From a virus, in the IMG/VR virus record IMGVR_UViG_3300025645_000038, positions 1 through 64,000 of that record: 64,000 bases of DNA; one strand, written 5' to 3'. Positions 1 through 8,545 of this stretch are shown piece by piece (position 1 is the first letter of the stretch; every line of letters begins with the position of its first letter). Both the position numbers and the translations under genes were made by a program. Under the pieces are notes generated by a model that did not search any database, was not told the origin of the DNA, and was given only the letters and a program-made list of their open reading frames with translations.

Positions 1-2
1 TA

Positions 3-125
3 GTAGAGCTAACTAAATCTGTTAGTGAGATAAAATCTATACTAACAGTAACGGAACCATTACACCAAATGGAACATATGTATCCTTGGCATAGTACGAA
101 TACAAGCTTAGACGAGGAGATGTAG
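3..125 (+). CDS. hypothetical protein, 3' end (truncated by window start)
   Basis: Open frame from position 3 (VELTKSVSEIK...LDEEM) to TAG at 123-125, directly followed by the next ATG. Confidence 0.45.
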   Translation, partial: VELTKSVSEIKSILTVTEPLHQMEHMYPWHSTNTSLDEEM

Positions 126-127
126 AT

Positions 128-268
128 ATGGCTAAAATGATATTTGGTGGTGGTAAAGAAACTAAGTCTCGTAAAAAAACAAGGCAAGGTCAAGGTCGTG
201 GAACTAAACATAGTACTAGAGTTGGTTCTAAACGTTTTAAGAAAAAGTATAGAGGACAAGGTAAATAG
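128..268 (+). CDS. small basic phage protein (46 aa, KKTRQG...YRGQG type)
   Basis: Not in ORF track; MAKMIFGGGKETKSRKKTRQGQGRGTKHSTRVGSKRFKKKYRGQGK, GAGGAG SD upstream; motif recognised from T4-like marine phages. Confidence 0.7.
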   Translation: MAKMIFGGGKETKSRKKTRQGQGRGTKHSTRVGSKRFKKKYRGQGK

Positions 269-270
269 TT

Positions 271-807
271 ATGGCTAATCATGTAAGAAGTAGAGTTGAA
301 GTAGAATCTCCGACTAAAGAGATTCATGAGTTCATGAGTAAATTTGATGATTCTTGTACAGGTTTATTTGAAACTGAGTCATGTGCTAATACTTGTAAAG
401 TTGTGTTTGGTGATGACTGGAAATATAATATAGATGATATTGGTTCTAAATGGATATTTGCAGAAGAAGCAGCTTATTCAGATTTTGAAGAAGGTATTAC
501 AGATGAGTTAGTATTTACATCGGCTTGGTCTTTTCCTGAAGATTTCTTTCGTAACCTAACCAAAAAACTACAAGAGATAAGTGATGACTTTGAGTTAACA
601 GTAACTTGTGATGAAGAAAGTGAAGACTTTGTTGGTGGTGGTGTAGGAAATAAAAATGGATTTGCTTATGTAGAAGATGATGAAATAGAACCATTAGATT
701 ACGATAATGATGATGATGAATATATTGATGAACATTGGGATCTGATTAGTGAAGAAAAATGGTCTTGTGTTGAAGCTGCTAGAAATGGACTTAAAAATGA
801 AAAATAA
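271..807 (+). CDS. YubB/Api92-like ferredoxin-fold protein
   Basis: N-terminal ANH, GSKW and F-x-SAWS-x-P motifs; acidic tail. Confidence 0.55.
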   Translation: MANHVRSRVEVESPTKEIHEFMSKFDDSCTGLFETESCANTCKVVFGDDWKYNIDDIGSKWIFAEEAAYSDFEEGITDELVFTSAWSFPEDFFRNLTKKLQEISDDFELTVTCDEESEDFVGGGVGNKNGFAYVEDDEIEPLDYDNDDDEYIDEHWDLISEEKWSCVEAARNGLKNEK

Positions 808-958
808 AATGAAAGTTAAAAGTACTTTAACAACTATAGATGGAACTTTATATGAAGACGAAGTTGTTAGTGTAGAAGGAAAAGAAAAAAATGGAGACCT
901 CAGAGTTAAAGATACTATGGGGCGAATTTGGTTTTTAAAAGAGGAGATGTTAAAATGA
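797..958 (+). CDS. hypothetical protein (small SH3-like beta protein)
   Basis: ORF track 749..958; start moved to the ATG at 797 near the upstream stop. Confidence 0.55.
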   Translation: MKNKMKVKSTLTTIDGTLYEDEVVSVEGKEKNGDLRVKDTMGRIWFLKEEMLK

Positions 959-1125
959 AAAACATGTTACAAGTTATGAATGAGTTTACAGAATTTATTC
1001 TTGGAAAAGAAGAAACAGAAAGTCTTGTAGATAAAAAGAAAAAAACTATGGGTTTTGTAGCTGAAGGAGTTAAACCTAAGCGCAAATACACTAGAAGGAA
1101 AAAGAAAAATGCCACAAAGAAATAA
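955..1125 (+). CDS. hypothetical protein, basic C-terminus
   Basis: GAGGAG SD, ATGA overlap with upstream gene. Confidence 0.55.
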   Translation: MKNMLQVMNEFTEFILGKEETESLVDKKKKTMGFVAEGVKPKRKYTRRKKKNATKK

Positions 1126-1252
1126 AAGTAAACGTACATATCGTAGACAAAATATAGTTGGAAACTTTAGAGGTTCTGAAGATGTCTTCATGACAAAAGT
1201 TCGTGATGGATTCATTAAATTTTTAGAATCACCATTCAAAGGATTTTTTTGA
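1109..1252 (+). CDS. hypothetical protein (47 aa)
   Basis: Not in ORF track; MPQRNKSKRTYRRQ...SPFKGFF, AAGGA upstream, fills the gap. Confidence 0.45.
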   Translation: MPQRNKSKRTYRRQNIVGNFRGSEDVFMTKVRDGFIKFLESPFKGFF

Positions 1253-1277
1253 TTTTTAATATTCTTTCTAATTCATT

Positions 1278-1285
1278 ATATTTAT
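1278..1285 (+). promoter_or_regulatory. putative late promoter motif ATATTTAT
   Basis: Intergenic, upstream of the holin/endolysin cluster; same motif recurs before structural operons. Confidence 0.4.
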
Positions 1286-1307
1286 TATTGAATAATGGAG
1301 AAAAAAA

Positions 1308-1622
1308 TTGGACTCAAAAGATTTAGTAACTAAAGATGCTAGACAAAACCAAAAACATTTTATAAATGTAAAGTTAGTAGAACTAATAAATTATAGACAA
1401 TCACGAAAGTGGTATGTTAGTATTGCTGTTGTAGGTATGTTTGCTGTAATACTAATGCTTATGATTTATTTTATGGGACAAGGAAAAGATGTTACTGATG
1501 GGTGGAAAGAAATCCTACTCTTAATGTTAGGTGGATTTGTTGGTTCATTTGCAAAGGTTATTGATTTTTGGTTTAACAATCAAGAGAATGATAACAAGCT
1601 CTTAGAACACGCAGACGACTAA
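1308..1622 (+). CDS. holin-like membrane protein (2 TM)
   Basis: Two hydrophobic helices, TTG start with GGAG SD, upstream of the endolysin. Confidence 0.5.
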   Translation: MDSKDLVTKDARQNQKHFINVKLVELINYRQSRKWYVSIAVVGMFAVILMLMIYFMGQGKDVTDGWKEILLLMLGGFVGSFAKVIDFWFNNQENDNKLLEHADD

Positions 1623-1837
1623 TGAAGAAAAAACATTTAGTATCTTTAGTAACAATAATCAAAGATAATTTATACGCATATAGAAAAGCAAATTGGGAAG
1701 ACAAAGATGTTGTAGAAACAGTATCTGAAGTTATTACTAAAAGTTTTGCTAATTACATGAAAGACCAAGAAGGTTTAGAAAAGTTAGGTAAAACCGAAGA
1801 AGATTTTCTTGCTCCACCAAATGGACTAAATCAATGA
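1622..1837 (+). CDS. hypothetical protein
   Basis: Translationally coupled to both neighbours. Confidence 0.6.
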   Translation: MKKKHLVSLVTIIKDNLYAYRKANWEDKDVVETVSEVITKSFANYMKDQEGLEKLGKTEEDFLAPPNGLNQ

Positions 1838-2487
1838 ACATCGCTACATTAGCTGGACATCTAGCATTCGGACTTATAGCTTTTTCTTTCTTAGTCAAAG
1901 ATATATTTTGGTTAAGAATAGTTTCTATAGTAGCCAGTCTATTTTCAGTATTCTATAATTATGTTATACCATTGGAACCAATGTGGTTAGCTATTAATTG
2001 GAATTTTATTTTTATCGGAGTAAACTTGTTTCATATTGGTGTTATACTATATGAGAAACGAGCAGTTAAGATGGATGCTAAAAACGAAGAGTTGTATTCT
2101 ACCTTATTTAAAGATATGACTCCTGTAGAATACTTAAAGATTAGTAGAGCTGCACAATGGGAAACGTTAAAACCAAATATGAGAGTTATAACTCAAGGTA
2201 TGCCTGTTCCTGATTTGTATCTTATATACAATGGAACAGTAGATGTTATTGTTGATAATGAACACATAGCTGAATTAAGAGATGGTGAGTTTGTCGGTGA
2301 AATGTCTTTTCTTACAGAGAAGACGGCTACTGCTACTTGTAAGGTTAGACACGAGTCACAATGCTTAGTTTGGAAGCAAAGAGAATTTAAAGAGTTACTA
2401 AAGCGTAACCCATCACTATACTTTACTATACAATCTGTACTATCAGCGCAAGTATCAGATAAGTTAGTAAGTAGTACAAAGAAATAG
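1834..2487 (+). CDS. Popeye-like membrane protein with cyclic-nucleotide-binding (Crp/CNBD) domain
   Basis: Three N-terminal TM segments (DIFWLR, WNFIFIGVN), then LYLIYNGTVDV and GEFVGEMSFL CNBD motifs. Confidence 0.8.
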   Translation: MNIATLAGHLAFGLIAFSFLVKDIFWLRIVSIVASLFSVFYNYVIPLEPMWLAINWNFIFIGVNLFHIGVILYEKRAVKMDAKNEELYSTLFKDMTPVEYLKISRAAQWETLKPNMRVITQGMPVPDLYLIYNGTVDVIVDNEHIAELRDGEFVGEMSFLTEKTATATCKVRHESQCLVWKQREFKELLKRNPSLYFTIQSVLSAQVSDKLVSSTKK

Positions 2488-2496
2488 GAGATAATA

Positions 2497-2973
2497 ATGT
2501 TAACTAAATTTGACGATATAATAGAAGTAGTATTACACCACGAAGGTGGATATGTAAACGATCCTAAAGATCCTGGCGGTGAGACTAATTTTGGTATAGC
2601 TAAAAGAAGTCATCCCGATGTGGATATAAAGAACTTAACTAAAGAAGGTGCTAAAGAAATTTATTACGAAAATTATTGGTGTGATAATAAAGTGCCTGAT
2701 ATGCCAGATGATTTAAAACACATATACTTTGATATGTGCGTAAACCAAGGTAGAGGTAGAGCAGTCAAAATTTTACAAAGAGCTGCTAATGCCAAGGGAG
2801 CAGAACTTAAAGTAGATGGTGGTATGGGTCCTAAGACTTTAGCTGCTATGAAAGGTGTGGAGTTAGATAGAGTTAGAGCATACAGAATAAAATACTACGC
2901 TGACTTAGTTACCCGTAAACCCGACTTAGAAAAGTTTTACTTTGGTTGGTTTCGTAGAGGATTAGAAGTATAA
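2497..2973 (+). CDS. endolysin, glycoside hydrolase family 108 with peptidoglycan-binding domain
   Basis: HEGGYVNDPKDPGGETNFGI catalytic motif; FDMCVNQG; VDGGMGPKT; C-terminal F-x-x-GW-x-x-R. Confidence 0.9.
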   Translation: MLTKFDDIIEVVLHHEGGYVNDPKDPGGETNFGIAKRSHPDVDIKNLTKEGAKEIYYENYWCDNKVPDMPDDLKHIYFDMCVNQGRGRAVKILQRAANAKGAELKVDGGMGPKTLAAMKGVELDRVRAYRIKYYADLVTRKPDLEKFYFGWFRRGLEV

Positions 2974-3030
2974 AATAATTGTAAAAAAAATACATTTTTA
3001 TTAATTTTCTTTATATATATTATAGAAGTT

Positions 3031-3059
3031 ACTAATGTCGCTCAAAAGAGGATATTAGT
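3031..3059 (+). promoter_or_regulatory. hairpin in hsp20 5' UTR
   Basis: ACTAATGTC/GATATTAGT stem (one G-U) plus CTC/GAG closing an AAAA loop. Confidence 0.5.
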
Positions 3060-3095
3060 GTTTGACTAAATAGTAAACAAAATAGGAGAAATACA

Positions 3096-3557
3096 ATGAC
3101 TAGATTAATAGTTAATCCACAGCATCTCAACAGAGATGAATTTTTAACCCCATTCGATAAAATATTTGACCAAATGATGAGTAAGCAGTTTCCTGCTTTT
3201 CAAGAAGAGGTTGGTGTATCTTTCAACAAAGGAGCTTATCCTAAAGTGAATATCTATGAGTATGATGACAATATTGGTATCATAGCTGAGATTCCAGGAT
3301 TGGATAAGAAGAATGTTTCGGTAGAAGTTGAAGACAACGTACTAACAGTTTCAGGTGACAAACATGGATTCGAAGATGATGGTGGTAAATGTATAACAAG
3401 AGAATTAAAACATTCTTCATTCAAAAGGTCTTTTAACTTAGGTGACCATTTAGATGGAGATGATGTTAGCGCTACATTTAAAGATGGAATGTTATCAATA
3501 ACAATTCCAAAAATAGAGCCAGAACTCCCTAAAAAGAAGATGGTAAAAATATCATAA
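3096..3557 (+). CDS. hsp20: small heat shock protein Hsp20 (alpha-crystallin)
   Basis: YPKVNI, AEIPGL, FKRSF, ATFKDGMLSITIPK motifs. Confidence 0.95.
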   Translation: MTRLIVNPQHLNRDEFLTPFDKIFDQMMSKQFPAFQEEVGVSFNKGAYPKVNIYEYDDNIGIIAEIPGLDKKNVSVEVEDNVLTVSGDKHGFEDDGGKCITRELKHSSFKRSFNLGDHLDGDDVSATFKDGMLSITIPKIEPELPKKKMVKIS

Positions 3558-3583
3558 AAAAACTTATCACAGTTAATGATATT

Positions 3584-3748
3584 ATGTATATTGTTCGTGG
3601 AACGGTATTGGCTCAGGTTGCAGAAGCTTCTGGTGGTACAGAAGAATTAAAAAAAAGATACAATAATGTCGATACCGTTCTTCGGAACGGCGATACATAC
3701 TATATGTGTGATACTATTCAGATTGCAGAATTTACAGACATAAATTAG
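3584..3748 (+). CDS. hypothetical protein (possibly starts at ATA 3554)
   Basis: Not in ORF track; MYIVRGTVLAQ...EFTDIN; frame stays open back into the hsp20 stop. Confidence 0.5.
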   Translation: MYIVRGTVLAQVAEASGGTEELKKRYNNVDTVLRNGDTYYMCDTIQIAEFTDIN

Positions 3749-3755
3749 GTTTTTA

Positions 3756-3763
3756 ATATTTAT
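3756..3763 (+). promoter_or_regulatory. putative late promoter motif ATATTTAT
   Basis: Intergenic, just before the AGGAGA SD of the 3786 gene. Confidence 0.4.
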
Positions 3764-3785
3764 TATAGATAAATAGGAGAACATC

Positions 3786-4694
3786 GTGTTTGAACAAAGT
3801 AAAAACTTTTCTAATCTAGTAGGACTTTCAGCTCTACTGATTGCATTTAGTGCAGCTTTCTTTTCAGTATTTGGATTATCAAAACTATTCGCTGGAGCAG
3901 AACTCTCAGTAATTATTATGGCTAGTTCATTAGAATTTGGTAAATTAGTAGCTGCTTCGTTCTTATATCGATATTGGGATAGGATTAATCTATTACAAAA
4001 ATTTTATATGACATTCGCTACAGTAATTCTTATCATCATAACATCCGCTGGTATATTTGGGTTCCTATCCAATGCTTATCAAGGTGCTACAGTAGAATTT
4101 GAAAAAGAATCTACTAATCTAATATTCAAAGAAGATAGACTAAAACAACTACAAGAAGATAAAGTATATCTTAAAGAGGAATTGGAACAAGCTATAGCAG
4201 AATTACCAGATAACTATAGAACCGCTCGTAGAAAACTCAGAGAAGATTACCAACCACAGATATCGGCAATCAACAAACAGATGATTGATTTGAAAGGTGA
4301 GATAGGTGAACTAAAAACTGCGTTGGTAGAAACAGGCGTGGATGTAGGACCTGTGATTTATTTAGCTAGAACTTTTCAGACAGACATAGATACTGTAGTT
4401 AAGTTTTTTATCTTTGTTCTTATCTTTGTGTTTGACCCGATGGCAGTCATGTTTGTTATAAGTTATAATGTGGCGCTAGAGTATAGAGATGAAGAAGATG
4501 AAACCCAAGCTGTGGTAAAGAAAAAGAAAAAGAAATGGCCTGTTTATGGTGAAAAGAAAAAAGAAGTAGAAAATGAAAATGAAGTTTCTGTTAGCAAGAG
4601 TTTGTTAAAAAAAATTATAAATCAAGCTAAAAGTAAAGTAACACTTGGTGGTAGAGACGAAACTGATATGAATAATTTAGAAAAAAAAATATAA
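3786..4694 (+). CDS. membrane protein with coiled-coil domain (conserved in T4-like phages)
   Basis: 3 N-terminal TMs (FSVFGLSKLF, ITSAGIFGFLS), coiled coil, GP-x-x-Y and IFVFDPMAV C-terminal TM. Confidence 0.7.
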   Translation: MFEQSKNFSNLVGLSALLIAFSAAFFSVFGLSKLFAGAELSVIIMASSLEFGKLVAASFLYRYWDRINLLQKFYMTFATVILIIITSAGIFGFLSNAYQGATVEFEKESTNLIFKEDRLKQLQEDKVYLKEELEQAIAELPDNYRTARRKLREDYQPQISAINKQMIDLKGEIGELKTALVETGVDVGPVIYLARTFQTDIDTVVKFFIFVLIFVFDPMAVMFVISYNVALEYRDEEDETQAVVKKKKKKWPVYGEKKKEVENENEVSVSKSLLKKIINQAKSKVTLGGRDETDMNNLEKKI

Positions 4695-4696
4695 AT

Positions 4697-4735
4697 AAAG
4701 CTTGACTTATACTGGTTTTCTTTCGTAGCTTTAGG
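4697..4735 (+). promoter_or_regulatory. early promoter repeat, copy 1 (TTGACT-N18-TAGCTT)
   Basis: AAAGCTTGACTT...TTCGTAGCTTTAGG with A-rich upstream tract; divergent spacer. Confidence 0.75.
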
Positions 4736-4757
4736 AGTAAAAGAAAGGAAATAATTA

Positions 4758-5132
4758 ATGAATAATGAAAATAAACAAAAATATAATTCTTCAGTAAATA
4801 AACTACTAGAGAATATCAAAGTAAACTACGCCGGCTGGGGTAGTAATCCTAATGATTTGGAAGATTCACAAAAGAAGAGAAGACTTCAAATGATTGACGA
4901 GTTCAACAATGGACTTCGTGTTAAGTCTGGTAGAAAATTTGATAAGGTTATCCAAGGTTCTTCAGTATGGGGATTTATCGCTAAAACAGATGGAGTGTTA
5001 AAAGGTATTCCTTACTTTGTTGGTGATGTATTCAAAGCTGCTGGTTGGAGAGCTCCAGCAAAGCATGTGAGGGGTACTATCTTCTCTTCAGAAACTAATT
5101 GGTTTAGTTGGACAGGTCCGAGGTATTTATAA
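4758..5132 (+). CDS. conserved phage early protein
   Basis: SVWGFI...GDVFKAAGWRAPAKHVRG motif; AAGGA SD. Confidence 0.7.
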   Translation: MNNENKQKYNSSVNKLLENIKVNYAGWGSNPNDLEDSQKKRRLQMIDEFNNGLRVKSGRKFDKVIQGSSVWGFIAKTDGVLKGIPYFVGDVFKAAGWRAPAKHVRGTIFSSETNWFSWTGPRYL

Positions 5133-5578
5133 TGAGTCAAGATTGGATAGAAAGAAATAAAGAACAGTTTGGTGTTCAGATAATCGAACTCAAAAAGATT
5201 ATCGAAAATCAAGTTCTTGCTTCAGGCAAATCAGATGAGTTTACTTCCGATATGTATGTAGCTTTAATTAGTGGTAGGAAGATTACCGAAAAGATGGAAG
5301 CTGCTATAGATAAACTAATCAAATCTAATTCACCAGACGAACTATTAAAACGAGAAGAGTGGGTTGATAAGGTGGTTCCTAAACTACTGATGGTAGAAAG
5401 TCTGGTTGAAGAAACGGATTGGACAGATAGTTATAAAGCTAGTACTAAATATTTCTTAAAGAGTATTATAAAACAAGCCAAAACAAGAAAGACATTATCT
5501 AAGAAACAGATGGAATCTGTTAGTAGTGTATATGCTAGAATCAAAAAAAATCTTAAAAAAAGTGAAAATAAAGCTTGA
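5132..5578 (+). CDS. hypothetical protein
   Basis: Start moved to ATG 5132 (TAATG coupling). Confidence 0.65.
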   Translation: MSQDWIERNKEQFGVQIIELKKIIENQVLASGKSDEFTSDMYVALISGRKITEKMEAAIDKLIKSNSPDELLKREEWVDKVVPKLLMVESLVEETDWTDSYKASTKYFLKSIIKQAKTRKTLSKKQMESVSSVYARIKKNLKKSENKA

Positions 5579-5606
5579 CTTTTAGCAAATTTATTCGTAG
5601 CTTTAG
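5570..5606 (+). promoter_or_regulatory. early promoter repeat, copy 2 (TTGACT-N17-TAGCTT)
   Basis: AAAGCTTGACTTTTAGCAAATTTATTCGTAGCTTTAG. Confidence 0.8.
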
Positions 5607-5626
5607 ATATAATGAAAGGGAAAAAT

Positions 5627-5947
5627 ATGAAAGATTTGTTTTTAGACGGTTATTGGGTTAATAAAAAGAGTGGAACTATCCACTTCGTTTCGGAAAGTAT
5701 AAATGAGTATACAGGTACTAAAACTTTATGGGCTCAAACTCAAAACCTTCCGTATGAAAGAGATTACTTTTTCAATGATAAGAATGGTGGTATTGATAGG
5801 TTCTTAAAAAACTATAAGTTTATTTGTGATGGTGCTGACACCCCACATGATTTCTATCATTATGTTTTACATAATGCGACTTTGAAAAATAGATTTAGTC
5901 GTGGTTTTATTTGTAAAGAAGAATTTTTTGCTAGAATTTTTAATTAA
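5627..5947 (+). CDS. hypothetical early protein
   Basis: Follows promoter copy 2; GAAAGGG SD before ATG 5627. Confidence 0.6.
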   Translation: MKDLFLDGYWVNKKSGTIHFVSESINEYTGTKTLWAQTQNLPYERDYFFNDKNGGIDRFLKNYKFICDGADTPHDFYHYVLHNATLKNRFSRGFICKEEFFARIFN

Positions 5948-5962
5948 TAAAAAGGAGAATAA

Positions 5963-6241
5963 ATGACATACATTTATAAAACAATATGGAGTGGTTCAGA
6001 AATTATAGCTGAGTATTGCTACTCATCATTACACAACAAGATTAAGGTTGTGGAGTTAACAGTAGATGGTAAGTTCCATAGGACTAATTGGATGGGGCCT
6101 AATGGTAGGGATAAGTTAATGGGTGAGTTGATGAGTGATTATGATAAGATTATGTTTGCTCAACAAGATCCTGATTATGATTCGGAGATTGATTTAGATA
6201 GGGATGTTCCAATTTCTCAATTAGCTGGTGCATGGAGATAA
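5963..6241 (+). CDS. hypothetical protein
   Basis: AAGGAG SD. Confidence 0.65.
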   Translation: MTYIYKTIWSGSEIIAEYCYSSLHNKIKVVELTVDGKFHRTNWMGPNGRDKLMGELMSDYDKIMFAQQDPDYDSEIDLDRDVPISQLAGAWR

Positions 6242-6244
6242 CTT

Positions 6245-6421
6245 ATGGAGTATAAAGAAATACTACTCAAGTTAGAACTTATAGAGTGTGAGTTAGTAGA
6301 CGCTTACAACACAGGCTACGACAACGAAATCAATAGTGATTCATTACACTATATTGATTGTGCAAAAGATGAGTTGTATAGTCTTAAATCTGAAATTGAA
6401 AAGGTTGTGTCAAATGACTAA
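6245..6421 (+). CDS. hypothetical protein (58 aa, helical)
   Basis: Not in ORF track; MEYKEILLKLELIECEL...VVSND, GGAG SD. Confidence 0.55.
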   Translation: MEYKEILLKLELIECELVDAYNTGYDNEINSDSLHYIDCAKDELYSLKSEIEKVVSND

Positions 6422-6641
6422 TCAACAGTTAATGGATACTATTATTAATAAGTTTGATGGTGAAATAGTCGTTCCTAATCAATGGCGGGTTGATGGTTCC
6501 AAAGGTAAACAGTACACTGTAAAGTGGGATAAGTACCATAGAAACTACAGTTGTAACTGCTTGGGTTATACTTATAGAAGAAGGTGTAAACATACTACAC
6601 AAATAAGTGATTCTTTCAAACAACAATATGGAGTAAAATAA
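6414..6641 (+). CDS. SWIM zinc-finger protein
   Basis: GSKGKQYTV...YSCNC-x8-CKH; start moved to ATG 6414. Confidence 0.8.
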   Translation: MTNQQLMDTIINKFDGEIVVPNQWRVDGSKGKQYTVKWDKYHRNYSCNCLGYTYRRRCKHTTQISDSFKQQYGVK

Positions 6642-7171
6642 TGATATCAACAGAAAAAGCAATAGCTGGTTTAATAGCGGTAACATTAGCAAATGGTTTT
6701 TTCTCAACCACAATGTTTACAGAATACAAAGAAATGTATTCAGATAAAATAGAAAGGTTGGAATCAGAAAATTCAGAATTAAGAGATGAACTATCTCACT
6801 ATGATGAATACGGTATTCAAGTAGATGTAACAATGTATCAGCCAAATGAAATTCAATGTGATGATACACCAAACATAACTGCTGATGGAACTAAGATTCG
6901 TATCAGTAAAGCATCTAACTATAAGTTTGTTGCACTATCTCGTAACCTACTCAAACGATGGGGTGGGCCTTTTGACTATGGTGATTTCATATTACTAAAG
7001 GGAACAGACCACAAAGATGGTGTGTATCAGGTAAGAGATACTATGAATCCTAAATGGGTTAATGTAGTAGACATTTTAGAATCAGAACATGTACAACCAT
7101 ATAAGTTTACGGATGTACATATTTACAAATTAAATTGGTTAACAAAAGAAAAGGAAATAACAAATGGGTAA
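6641..7171 (+). CDS. 3D-domain / RlpA-like lytic transglycosylase with N-terminal membrane anchor
   Basis: VTMYQP..QCDDTPNITADG, VALSR, YGD, VRDTM, VDI motifs. Confidence 0.75.
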   Translation: MISTEKAIAGLIAVTLANGFFSTTMFTEYKEMYSDKIERLESENSELRDELSHYDEYGIQVDVTMYQPNEIQCDDTPNITADGTKIRISKASNYKFVALSRNLLKRWGGPFDYGDFILLKGTDHKDGVYQVRDTMNPKWVNVVDILESEHVQPYKFTDVHIYKLNWLTKEKEITNG

Positions 7172-7592
7172 AAGTACATTTGAAAAAAATGGTGGTTACT
7201 TCATCGATGGAGTAGCATATATGGATTGTAAGGTAACAGGTGAACCTGTTGCTAATGTAAGTGAAGATTCGGTATCTGTAATAGGTAGTAGGGCTGTGAT
7301 GGGTATGGTAGGAATGCCAGACGAACCTAAACAAAAAGTATCAACTGGCAGACCTGCTGGTTGGCATTTTATGAATGAGTTCGTAGATAAAGATGGTAAT
7401 GTATTTCACAAGGGTAAAGAACAACCTAAGTTAAAAGGTACTTTACCACCTACGAAAGTTCAGCCTGTAAAGAGGAAGAAACGTAGAAGTAAAGAACAGA
7501 TTCTTCTTGATAGACAAAAAGAGAAGAAAGCAGCTCTTAAAAAAGCAGTTCAGAAACAGAAGGATTTTATAAACCATAAATTTGGAGATTAG
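7164..7592 (+). CDS. hypothetical protein, basic C-terminus
   Basis: ORF with SD; RPAGWHFMNEFVDKDGNVFHKGKE motif. Confidence 0.65.
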   Translation: MGKSTFEKNGGYFIDGVAYMDCKVTGEPVANVSEDSVSVIGSRAVMGMVGMPDEPKQKVSTGRPAGWHFMNEFVDKDGNVFHKGKEQPKLKGTLPPTKVQPVKRKKRRSKEQILLDRQKEKKAALKKAVQKQKDFINHKFGD

Positions 7593-7892
7593 ATGGCTAA
7601 GAAAAATCAACCGTTAGATAGAGAGTATTTCAAAAGAAGAGCTAATCCTACTATTAAAAAAGGCCCACAACTAACAAAATGTTGTGGTCAGGATAAAGAT
7701 TACGATAGTCTAAATGTTAGAAATAGTGAAGATTGGAAACTGATTGAAAACTATATTGAAGAACATCTTAGGGAGTATACTAAACACATAAGTGTTACTC
7801 CTGTTTCTTGTGATAAGTGTGGTATTCTTTTAGAGTATTCTACTGATATTGATATAGATAAGACATTGGGTTACTATGAAAAAGCTGGCTAA
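7593..7892 (+). CDS. hypothetical protein, putative Zn-binding (CCG...CDKC)
   Basis: GGAG SD, paired cysteines. Confidence 0.6.
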   Translation: MAKKNQPLDREYFKRRANPTIKKGPQLTKCCGQDKDYDSLNVRNSEDWKLIENYIEEHLREYTKHISVTPVSCDKCGILLEYSTDIDIDKTLGYYEKAG

Positions 7893-8527
7893 TGTTATCA
7901 AAAGAGTTTCTAACAGAACGAGGGTATTGTTGTGGACACGGTTGTTTGATGTGTCCATACGAACCTAAACACATAAAGGATAATACTATATTGAAAGTCA
8001 TAAATTGTTTTAAAGAAGACAATCCATTAATTCAAAAAACTTTAAGGAGAGTAACAGTTGAAGAAGGAGAAACTATTGCAACAAAACTATTTCAGATACT
8101 TAACGAAAGAGGGGACGGTATTGGGTTGGCAGCTAATCAAGTGGGAATTGATGCGTCAGTTGCCGTGGTTAACGTTAAAGAGCCAATCATTCTTATCAAT
8201 CCTAAAATCGTTAGGAGAGAAGAAGAAACAAGATACTACGAAGGTTGTTTAAGTTATCCGAAAAAAGGTTGTCATACTAAAAGATATAAGATTGTAGAAG
8301 TAGAAGTAGACAACTATGAGAGTAACCTAACCTTTGGCGCTGGTGATACTGAAGTAGATTTGTTAGAGTCTGTTTGTGCTCAACATGAGATTGACCATCT
8401 TAATGGTATGAGAATATTAGATAGGGTTGTGGATACAACTTACAGAGCTGAAATAAAGCCGGGTCGTAATGAACCTTGTCATTGTGGTAGTGGTAAAAAA
8501 TTTAAAAAATGTTGTATTAATAAATAA
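7892..8527 (+). CDS. def: peptide deformylase with N-terminal Cys-rich (DUF5522-like) and C-terminal SEC-C domains
   Basis: PDF motifs GIGLAANQVG, EGCLS, QHEIDHLNG; N-term RGYCCGHGCLMCPY; C-term GRNEPCHCGSGKKFKKCC. Confidence 0.9.
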   Translation: MLSKEFLTERGYCCGHGCLMCPYEPKHIKDNTILKVINCFKEDNPLIQKTLRRVTVEEGETIATKLFQILNERGDGIGLAANQVGIDASVAVVNVKEPIILINPKIVRREEETRYYEGCLSYPKKGCHTKRYKIVEVEVDNYESNLTFGAGDTEVDLLESVCAQHEIDHLNGMRILDRVVDTTYRAEIKPGRNEPCHCGSGKKFKKCCINK

Positions 8528-8545
8528 TAAATAGGAGTAATAATA

